Below, one piece after another: positions 13,376-22,564 of a stretch of DNA of 64,000 nucleotides. The notes beneath the pieces were generated by a model. The model did not search any database, had not been told where the DNA came from, and was given only the letters and a program-made list of their open reading frames with translations. Location of the stretch: assembly GCA_051362555.1 (NCBI GenBank), contig CM120641.1:36028401-36092400 (forward strand), in the 5' to 3' direction. The translations under genes and the position numbers were made by a program. This DNA is from Lingula anatina (lineage: Eukaryota; Animalia; Brachiopoda). How positions within the stretch are numbered: position 1 is the first letter of the stretch; every line of letters starts with the position of its first letter.

Positions 13376-14632
13376 TTAATGTAATAAGTTGTTCAATAAC
13401 CTGATTGGTTTCTTCCTAAGCAAAGACTGTAAGTATGAAAGAATTGCCCAGAGATCCTCTTCTGAGTAATCACTGAACAGGTTGATGTCTGGAACAAAGT
13501 GATTTGGTAGCGACTTCAATCTAATGTGGTGTTCCATCATTTTAAGAAAATCTATGAATCTATCAAGCAAGTCAACATCATTCCATTTGTCTTCGTCATC
13601 AATGAGGTGAAACAACGAAGTCTTGAATACATAAGAATCCAAACATTTGAAATAAGGATTCCTCAGCCTAATTGCTTTTATGAGCTGTAAACACTGACAT
13701 TTACAACCACTTTCCTCTGTTGCTACTTTTTCTAACATAATCTTTCTCTCTTGTTCATGAAAACTTTGTAGCCAAAAGTTCTGATAAGCTGCATCAACAG
13801 CTGCTTGTGGGTGAGGCTTAGCAATGATCCACGTTCCCTTAAAGTGAACACAAGGAGTGAAGGTGACCTTTAATGTTTTGCTATCACCATACCCAACAGT
13901 CAGAACAAGTTTTGATCCTGTTAGAGATGGATACAGGTTGTAATTTGATGTCCAACTAATTCCCTGTTGAAGTCTGCTTTGAAATAATTGGCAGATTTTC
14001 ACTGGAGACAGATAGCCCCCAGTCAGACAGCTGTCCCATATACTAGCACCCTTGGTGAAGAAATCCTGGTTTTCCCTTTGAACGAGCCAGTGCCCAGGTG
14101 CTGACATTAAAGTGTCTCTACCAGAGACCAGGCTCCACATATTCTCTTCTAAGTCTAATCGAATGAGAATATCAAAATCATCGGTGACATTTGCTTCTTC
14201 ATAGGCACTTCCAAAGGGTATCATTGAGTGTACGTGGCTTGTAGCTTTCTGCAACTTGAGACAACTGTAAAACATGTCAGTTACCTCTTTGACCACCTCT
14301 TTGGCTTTCTCCATATCCCAATCTGTCTTTCTTACATGTTCTTTGTAATATAACCTCAAAAGATCCCCAGGTGATTGACCTTGGCCACTTTTTGCAGCAT
14401 CTTCAATATTCTCAATCCCAGAGTCATCAGAACTACTGAATGAAATGTTTTGCTTTTTGGGAGATGGTCTTGGGATATCATTGTTATCTTGGTCTTTTTT
14501 CTCTGTATAGGTTTGATAAAGCCTCCAGGTTGTGTAAAGGGTTGCTGCAACTGTGGCCCCTGTGGCAATAGGACCAAAGGCACCATAAGAACCTGATGCT
14601 TGCTCCTGCCTGCGGCTCCATCTGTTACCCAT
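13376..14632 (-). CDS. MIEF1: Mitochondrial dynamics protein MiD49/MiD51 (MIEF1/2) homolog, Mab-21/cGAS-like NTase fold, 418 aa, copy A
   Basis: N-terminal hydrophobic anchor. ENQDFFTKGASIWDSCLTGGYLSP matches MiD51 [24 protein letters not shown], followed by WLQSF..E and LPNHFVPDINLF Mab-21 C-lobe motifs. Single coding exon with acceptor TTGTAG two nt before the ATG. It is probably co-orthologous to both vertebrate paralogs. Confidence 0.88.
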   Translation of the reverse strand: MGNRWSRRQEQASGSYGAFGPIATGATVAATLYTTWRLYQTYTEKKDQDNNDIPRPSPKKQNISFSSSDDSGIENIEDAAKSGQGQSPGDLLRLYYKEHVRKTDWDMEKAKEVVKEVTDMFYSCLKLQKATSHVHSMIPFGSAYEEANVTDDFDILIRLDLEENMWSLVSGRDTLMSAPGHWLVQRENQDFFTKGASIWDSCLTGGYLSPVKICQLFQSRLQQGISWTSNYNLYPSLTGSKLVLTVGYGDSKTLKVTFTPCVHFKGTWIIAKPHPQAAVDAAYQNFWLQSFHEQERKIMLEKVATEESGCKCQCLQLIKAIRLRNPYFKCLDSYVFKTSLFHLIDDEDKWNDVDLLDRFIDFLKMMEHHIRLKSLPNHFVPDINLFSDYSEEDLWAILSYLQSLLRKKPIRLLNNLLH

Positions 14633-15131
14633 TCTACAATAAAAATATCCACTTTTTTAAATGAAAGCTGGCCAACATGGCAACCTACCTGTAATAAACA
14701 TGCTGTGCCAATTTGTTAAGTCAGATCAACAACATTAATTACGTAGTAATAAGTTTGGCTTTCATATTACCCTATTCTGTTGGGGATGGTTGTTTTCTGT
14801 GTTTATTCTTGACTAGACTCTTTTATTTCTAGTGCATTTCTAGTGTATTGCACTGTATATCCCATTATAGTCTGTCCGCCCTGCCAGTGTGGGTGATGCC
14901 GAATTGGAATATAGTTACTGTTGTTTTTTCACTCAATCATGCAAAAAGTGTGGCCCAGTGTGCCTAAGGTTCAGTTGATCTTATCAGGCTAAAGTCAAGT
15001 TAATCATTACACTTCATGGAAAACATAACATCTTGCCATGTATTTTGTAAAACTAAAATCCTTAAAACTAGCTTACTAGTAGTACAGTAGCTTACCATTA
15101 CCAGAGCCTGGCAGAGGCACTGCGGTTTTAA

Positions 15132-15261
15132 AAAGGTGGCAGTAGCAATAGTCCGAACGTTCACTATAAAACCTTCGGACCAATGAACCCTTGATTAAAA
15201 AACCGATAAAAATGTTACCATTTTTCGGACCGATGAACCTTTGGACTATCGAGTCGCCCCC
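15132..15261. mobile_element. Short MITE-like repeat with GGACCAATGAACC subrepeats (also at 26231-26360 and 52768-52940)
   Basis: A shared core ACCTTCGGACCAATGAACCCTTGA..GAACCTTTGGACTATCGAG(T/A)CGCCCCC occurs at three loci. It is flanked by TTAA here. Confidence 0.7.
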
Positions 15262-15457
15262 TTAAAAATTTAAACCACGGAACTTCATCAAACTTTTAAA
15301 AAATATTCTGGATATAGATATTTTTGCTTTACATAAGTAACCAAATTGGTTTTATGGATAACATGGGAAAGAATGCAGAAGTTACTTTTAAAATTAAGGA
15401 CTTACTGAGATGTAAACTTACCTAATATTTTAATTTTTTAATGTAAACACATCTCAC

Positions 15458-15695
15458 CTTTCCAACGACCAACGTGTAGTGTCTAATACGAGCTGAATTG
15501 TCGTTACTAGTCATGAAGTACAATTTTACCAACTTCATACTTTTACAACAAAATGTACTCAGTGCTGTATATTTATATAGAATTTCAATTATATTAAATT
15601 AATATTAGATAAAATGTGATGAAATCACTACATATAACCTAATAATAAAAGAATACACTAGGAACCTTTTACTTGCAAAAGTGTTGGTTGGAGAA
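15458..15695. promoter_or_regulatory. Short bidirectional promoter MIEF(-)/FLII(+), copy A (copy B 26557-26794)
   Basis: A minus-strand donor GGAAAG|GTGAGA at 15458 marks the probable non-coding MIEF exon 1. The FLII ATG is at 15696 and there is a CpG patch at 15465-15505. Confidence 0.65.
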
Positions 15696-18600
15696 ATGGC
15701 AGCCACAGGGGTGCTGCCGTTTGTGAGGGGCATAGACCTAAGTGGCTATGATTTCCAGGTATGATGCTTTTTCTCAATCCCTTTGATTTGAAATAAACCA
15801 TCAAGGTTTATTGCTCAACGTGATGTTGATATTTGTGAGATCAGACTTACTTACATATGATAAAAAGTGATACAAACTGGGCACACCCACTAAGGCAGTT
15901 CAAACTATAACGTTATTAATGTTAACGTAATGTGTAATCTGTTAAATTAAGCCGATTGAGTGAATATTAACATTTTTTGGCAAGCAGAAGCATGGTTAAT
16001 CATGCAATTAAAGGACCACAGTCTTTTAGGGTGGGGATCGAGTTAATGTAAAAACTAGTGAGCCGCAGCGTCAGACTGCATTTCCATTGTTTGCTCTTTT
16101 TCAGGAAGGAAAGTTCCCCAAGGATGTGGCTGATATGATTGGATTGAGGTGGCTTTATGTCAACGATTCCAATCTTGATAAACTTCCAGATGAACTTTCG
16201 AATCTCAATAAGTTGGTAAGTTTGCACTGCCTGTTGACATGTTGGGTTGAAATGTTTAAGCTGTCAAAGACAAAATGTATTCAACCATTGTACAGGTATT
16301 GGTTCCTGGTACATGTAGTTGATTAATGTTATTTTCCAAATATACAGTGTATTACTATCACTCTTAATTTTAACATATGTACTGGATTTTACTTGTTGAA
16401 TCAGGAAATTACATAGCCAACAAATAAAATAAAAAATAGAATGAATGTTTATTGGAGATGTCTGATTGATTATAATGGTTTGAACTTCTCACATCAACAG
16501 TAATGACAAGTATAGTTTTTTTATAAAGTAAACTGTTCTAAGCATAGTACTAACAGATAAATGTCAAGCAAAAACCTATAAATCAATCTTGATGTTCTGA
16601 AGTATGATTATGTTCATTGTTTTATTTACTTAAGGAACATATTTCTCTGGTCAGAAACAACTTGGTCAGCATTCATGGCGAGCTCTCTGACCTGCCATGT
16701 CTAAGAGTAATCAACTGCAGGTACAACAACCTGAGAAATACAGGGATTCCAACAGACATTTTTAGTCTAGAGGATCTGTCTACTCTTGTAAGTATTTGTT
16801 CCTGTAGCACTATTCCCATAACATGTCTGAAGCAAGGGTTAAGCCAGTGTGCATTTCAGCCACCTGATTTAGATGTCCTGTACCAGATTGTGGCCTCTTT
16901 TATGGCTAGATGCCTTGTTAATATCTCCCCTTCCTTAAGTCACATAATTGGAAAACTTAGGTCGATTCAAACTCAAGTTTTGCCAAATCAGTTTTATGAG
17001 AAAAAACTTTCTCTATGTCAGTTTCCAATCTCAACAGGTATGATAGCCTCCTGAAAGAAAACCAGAATTATCAAGTCAATTTTGGTTTTTAAAAGATAAT
17101 TTAAAACTCTAAAAAAATTGTACACTCAAGTGCATAACTTATATTTTGAAGTTTAGTTTAGTTTTCAGAGGGTAAGCGTAAGCTGAATACATAGCCATGT
17201 TAACTTTTTGTAATTATTACAGGATTTTAGTCACAACCAGCTGAAAGAGGTTCCTGCTGATTTAGAACTTGCCAAAGGCTTGTTAGTCTTGAATCTAAGT
17301 CACAACAAGTAAGTACTTCCTTAAGTTATCATTGAGGTAATGAAAAGAGATAATATATTATACCAATGACTATGATTTAAAACAGAAAGTAAATTAGAAT
17401 TATAAAAATTTGGAAAACTGTTTTTTTCAGAAGTAATTACAGTTATAATATTTTATGATTTATTTTCTTCTTTATCTCCAGAATCGAGTCTAATATTTTA
17501 TGATTTATTTTCTTCTTTATCTCCAGAATCGAGTCTATCCCATCACCATTATTTATCAACCTCACAGACATTGTTCATTTAGATTTGAGTGACAATCAAC
17601 TGAGTAAGTAGACAGAATTTCAGTACCTTCAACAAGATTGTGATGTGTTTGGTCAATCAGTAGCAGTGTTTCATCAAGTTTTGAAAATTTAAAATTTAAA
17701 GCAACTTGTATTATTTCTTTGCATAGCTGTTGAAGCATAATTGGGGTTTAGGATATATCGATTTCTTTTATACAGCAACCCTTCCACCTCAGATGAGAAG
17801 ACTGTCAAATCTGCAGACATTGATTCTGAACAATAATCCCCTGCAGCATGCTCAACTTAGGTAGGTATGATGTCTTTGATAATGAAAAAAATGTAAATAG
17901 TCAAACAAGGAAATTAAGGTTTAGGTATGCAGTAAGCATATAACAGCCTCCTGTACATTTACAGTGCATGTTGAAGAAATAATTCTTGTATGATTTTGTT
18001 TGAATGTTATAGCAAGGATAGGTAATCATAGCCAACTATAGTGAACTTTATATTTCAATCTATGTGAAATATTTAACAAATTTGATTTTTGAATTCAGAC
18101 AACTTCCAGCCATGGTTTCACTTCAAACACTCCACATGAGAAACACACAAAGAACTTTGGGAAATTTTCCTTCAGGGGTAGATACTCTAGAAAATCTCAC
18201 GGGTAACGAACCTTTTACTTTTATAAACAAAATAGGTTGTTTCAGATAGCATTTTGGTGGAAGTATTCATTAATCTTTTTAATTTCATTCATTGAAAATA
18301 AACTTGTATATAAATACGGCTTTGGAATCTGTCACTGGACTTGCATTTTATGAGTTGACAACTTTGTATATCCCTTGTTAATCAGTCATTAATTCAAATA
18401 ATGCAAGTCCAGATTCAAAAACTTTATGTAAATTATGGCAAGATGAATATATACTTAAAAGCATCATAGTAGTATTGCTTTTCTGAAATTACAGTGCATG
18501 GATTGCAATATTTCATGACATCCGTCTTATTTTAATTTAAGATATTGATCTATCCAAGAATGACCTGCCAAAGGTTCCAGAGCCTATCTACAAACTGCTA

Positions 18601-19042
18601 TCTATCAAGAGATTAAATATCAGTGATAACAACATCACTGAATTGTCTTCACTTGTAGGTAGGTGGTCTGAAAAAAAAAAAAAAAACAGGATGAAATCTT
18701 ACATCTTTGGATCCACTTTATAAGCTTTAAACAAATCTTACTTGTTCTTGCCATATTTAGATTTTGATATCAAGAAAGTGAAAATTTAGTTTTGAGAAGA
18801 ATTTTAAATATGTCCTAGATTTGTATTATGATCTTATTTACATGGATTATTGATGAGGTGAATTGTATGTTTATAATAGATCATCTTGTGATAGTAATGC
18901 TTTGATTTGACTTTTGTGGGCTGATGAAATTGTGATACTATGTCTAGGAGCTAATATATATAACATGATAATCATATTTTTAGACTCTTGGTCAGAACTG
19001 GAAGTGCTAAATGCATCAAGAAACAAGTTAACAGCTTTACCT
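15696..19042 (+). pseudogene. FLII: Truncated flightless-1 copy (exons 1-9, LRR region only, 285 codons), cut by the duplication junction; possible 5' partner of a chimeric transcript
   Basis: Exons 15696-15758, 16105-16215, 16635-16787, 17223-17308, 17527-17603, 17776-17860, 18099-18202, 18542-18658, 18984-19042 are all intact ([17 protein letters not shown]...). The sequence switches to DPH7 about 30 nt into intron 9. Confidence 0.88.
17446..17535 (+). repeat. 45-bp tandem duplication spanning the FLII exon 5 splice acceptor (also at 28541-28630)
   Basis: TAATATTTTATGATTTATTTTCTTCTTTATCTCCAGAATCGAGTC occurs twice in tandem, identically in both segment copies. Confidence 0.95.
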
Positions 19043-19916
19043 GTGAGTGTTTATTGTTGTATACTCTGAAAAGCAATATAGTTTATACAGTTTATACAGG
19101 TATGACAAATATTGGAGTCAAGTGTGAACAATGGGGACAGAATGTTACACAATACTATTACATTGCATACTAAAAGAAGAGAAAATTACTATTGTCTGTT
19201 TAGAGAACTTCTCACTGTATATGTTACTTAATGATGTTCCAAGAGATTTAAGTGTGCACATTTTGTATTTTGCAAAAAGGTGGTGACGACTGTAGATTGA
19301 AGTCTTGGGACCCTAGAACCAACTGCTCCCAGCCTGTCCTTACCAGCAAAAGGTATTCCAATTCTTACAGACTGGAATTTTGGTACTTTAATACAAGATC
19401 AATTACCATTTAACTAATGACCACAACAAAACATATTGATGAAACAACTTTTGAAAAGAAATACCTTCCTTTTAGTAAGGAGTAAGGTTATTTGAATTTA
19501 GAAGATGAGAATCTTTATATATTTTCCCATTCTTTCTATTTGTATCAGTTATGTTACATATTCATACCTATTACTGCTAAATTTTGCTGTCATTCAGGCA
19601 TTCCATGGGTGTGTGTAGTATCCAGAGTAATGCTAAGAGAGAACACTACCTAGCCACTGGCAGGTAAGATGTGTGTTGAGCTTCTAAGTTCTATACCACC
19701 ACAATATGCTTTTATTAATTTTCTGACAATATTAAGATAGCTATAGTGACACCCATCTAGATCTGCATATATTTATATGGATAGGTGATAGCATTTTTCT
19801 CAAATTCCCTAAACAGCACTCCAAGTAATAGTTATTTGGAAATAGCCTCTGATGTCAGCTCCATCAGTTAGTTCCTTTTGAAATGCTGATGGAGAGAGAT
19901 CCTAACAAGTTTATTG

Positions 19917-21920
19917 TGCGGTGGCCCATTGAAAAAGCTCACTCCGAATTCGCAAACCTCACTCCGAATTCGTAAACCTCACTCCGAATTGAAAAAGCTC
20001 ACTCCGAATTCGCAAACCTCACTCCGAATTCGTAAACCTCACTCCGAATTCAAAAAGCTCACTCCCAATTCCACTATGCCAATTCTCATCAAAGTTCTCT
20101 TCGAGAAATCTTATGAAACAGTAATTCGTCTGGGACAAATAATTTTTTTTTTAGCTGGGCGCTTCCAGTGAAAGGTTCGAGAGAGTTTTAGCAAACAGTG
20201 CAAATTGTGTTACATTTTGGTTTGCGTGATACATACCTTACGAAAATAAACCAACAGTTTACGTCACAAGGTCAATTGACTTCTCCAGCTATTTTCAGTA
20301 TTTTTCACAATTACACACACACATACACACACTCTCTCTCGCCAGGGACACAAATTGGGGGCAAGAAGCAATTTACAGGTTTACCATTATAAATAAAAGG
20401 ACAAATTAAGTGACACTGCTCCCAATTTTCTCAACATAGGATTGATACTACTAATAATCCATACATGTCAGGGGTGGATCCAGGATTATTTGAAGGGGGA
20501 TCTGTTTTTTTTTTTTTTGATTTTTTTTTGGAATGACAGGCTGCACATGCAGAGCTGCCCCCCCCCCCCCCCTTATAGGGCAAACAGTGCTATTTGGTAC
20601 GTTTTAGAACTATTATTCAAAATTCTAATTTTAACATTGGTGTGATTTTTTTTTTTACAGAATTCAAAAGGGGGGTCAAGACCCCCCTCACACGCCTCCC
20701 CCCCTCCCCCCCATCCACCACTGCATGTTATTCATTCGAAATCGATTAATAAAGTGTAATTAATCTGATTAATTTCAATTATTAGATTATCTATGATCTA
20801 GGATGAATATTTCAGCTGCAAAAGAGTGAGGGGCTACTAATTACTATTATCAAGTATACTCGGTTATATAACAGGTACATGTGTAGGCCTACAGTATATG
20901 ATAATACGGATTGTTTTGCCCATTTATAAATAATATAAGCCAATGTCGACACCCTGAAACTTGTTATCTGTATTAAACATTCATTTCAAAATAATCATGT
21001 GAAAATGCTTGAAGTTGTAAATAATAAATAACGCACGTTTATTTACATACATGTAGTGCATAAATCTGTTCCTTCCAACGCTGTTTCAACTCGTAATTCT
21101 GTTCTCATATTCATAATACATGTATAATTCCTTAAAACGACACACACAAGAAAACGCGTAAACATAATATATTTTAATTGTGACTTGCTGTTAAGTACAT
21201 GTATGTTTATCCCTATTTTCTTCATTTCTTCTATTTCCTTGAGCTTAAAAGGGTCATACGTCTACGTCATCATTTTGTGAATGGGAATACAGCGCACCAA
21301 GTAGTATGAAAAATAACTAGTTTTCACACGAAGCCCTCTATTGGCAAAATCCCCTAGCCCATCTTAGAATATTACTTCCGACTTTATACGGCAGTGAACG
21401 GGGTTAAAATATGAATTCGGAGTGAGGTTTACGAATTCGGAGTGAGCTTTTTCAATTCGGAGTGAGGTTTACGAATTCGGAGTGAGGTTTACGAATTCGG
21501 AGTGAGCTTTTTCAATTCGGAGTGAGGTTTACGAATTCGGAGTGGGGTTTATGAATTCGGAGTGAGGTTTGCGAATTCAGAGTGAGCTTTTTCAATTCGG
21601 AGTGAGGTTTACGAATTCGGAGTGGGGTTTACGAATTCGGAGTGAGGTTTGCGAATTCGGAGTGAGCTTTTTCAATTTGGAGTGAGGTTTACGAATTCGG
21701 AGTGAGGTTTGCGAATTCGGAGTGGGGTTTACGAATTCGGAGTGAGCTTTTTCAATTTGGAGTGAGGTTTACGAATTGGGAGTGAGGTTTGCGAATTCGG
21801 AGTGGGGTTTACGAATTCGGAGTGGGGTTTAAGAATTGAGAGTGAAGTTTAAGTATTCGGTGTGAGGTTTAGAATTGGGAGTGTCGTTTGGAATTTGGAG
21901 TGCACTTGTGGGCCACCGTA
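19917..21920. mobile_element. 2.0-kb non-autonomous TIR element with 6-bp TSD and inverted subterminal 20-bp arrays (IS3EU-like termini); copy B only
   Basis: TIR TGCGGTGGCCCA / TGGGCCACCGTA (11/12). TTATTG is duplicated at 19911-19916 and 21921-21926, and the empty site in copy A is at ~9166. ACTCCGAATTCGTAAACCTC-type units run forward at ~19929-20070 and reversed at ~21412-21900. Confidence 0.9.
20469..20723. mobile_element. Nested MITE, CAGGGGTGGAT...ATCCACCACTG, 5-bp TSD CATGT
   Basis: TIRs and TSD read directly (20464-20468 and 20724-20728). Same terminal type as 1308-1473. Confidence 0.78.
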
Positions 21921-22306
21921 TTATTGTCTATCAAGCATAGTAGAAAAGAATAACTATTATTTGTTGAACCTCTGGGTATTCGGTTGGTGAAGTAATCTTA
22001 AAGTTGTCTTAATGCTGAACAGGCCAATAGATTACAATCATTTTATGCAAACCCATTAGAATTTCTGAAGTAGAGGATGCAGTTGCCCTCAGTAAACTAA
22101 CAAATGCTTCTTCACATTTTGTGTTTCAGCTATGATGAACACATCTTGCTGTGGGACACCAGGCTGATGAGGAGTCCACTGCAGGACGTTCACATTGGTG
22201 GTGGTGTGTGGAGACTCAAATGGGAACCTTGTGAAGGGGAACTACTGCTGGCTGCATGTATGCACAATGGGTTTCACATTCTCAATTGCAAAGGTTGGTT
22301 ATTTTA

Positions 22307-22564
22307 GGCTTCGTTCACATGGAATGTCTATTTTCTAAAAATCTATTTTCTATTCGCGCTATCTTATGATCACGGTCTGTGCCCTGCATATCCCGCCGCG
22401 TAATTACTGGCAGCGCGAGCCAGTTACTTATAGTAACTTATAGTAACTGGCTCGCGCTGCCAGTAATTACGCCGCGGGATATTCAGGGCACAGACCGTGA
22501 TCAGAAGACATACCCTGAATAGAAAATAGAATTTAGAAAATAGACATTGCATGTGAATGAAGCC
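22307..22564. mobile_element. 258-bp fully palindromic PIF/Harbinger (Tourist-like) MITE, TSD TTA; copy B only
   Basis: GGCTTCGTTCACATG...CATGTGAATGAAGCC with arms pairing over almost the whole length and TTA on both sides. The empty site in copy A is at ~9548. A near-identical inverted copy lies at 54890-55147. Confidence 0.92.

Larger units (their letters stand above)
8357..19073. repeat. Tandem segmental duplication, copy A (DPH7 3' half, MIEF, FLII exons 1-9)
   Basis: Colinear with 19072-30171 throughout, with duplicated ORFs in the track. The junction is at 19072-19073. Confidence 0.97.

Noticed and set aside
14356-14652. 98-aa overlapping alternative-frame ORF on MIEF (also 25470-25766)
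   Set aside because: It starts at GTG inside the intron polypyrimidine tract upstream of the acceptor. Its presence in both copies only reflects the duplication.
14640-15460. Upstream LYR-motif microprotein ORF like human AltMiD51 in the MIEF leader
   Set aside because: I translated the minus strand over ~14640-15050 and found only short ORFs (about 20 aa or less) with no LYR motif. The rest of the interval is repeat or AT-rich intron and shows no ORF of 60 aa or more in the track.
19043-19352. Direct in-frame fusion of FLII exon 9 to DPH7 exon 4, including via intron read-through or the 9/18-nt microexon
   Set aside because: Phase 0 does not match phase 1. Read-through hits TGA at 19067-19069 and the microexons keep phase 0. 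Only exon 9 skipping is in frame.
19914-20171. 85-aa repetitive ORF (LKKLTPNSQTSLRIRKPHSE repeats)
   Set aside because: It is a translation of the 60-bp higher-order repeat of the transposon arm and has a non-ATG start.
21412-21900. CRISPR-like regularly spaced repeats (GAATTCGGAGTG every 20 bp)
   Set aside because: The intervening 8-mers are recurring variants, not unique spacers. The array is the subterminal arm of a TIR element in a eukaryotic intron, and there are no cas genes.
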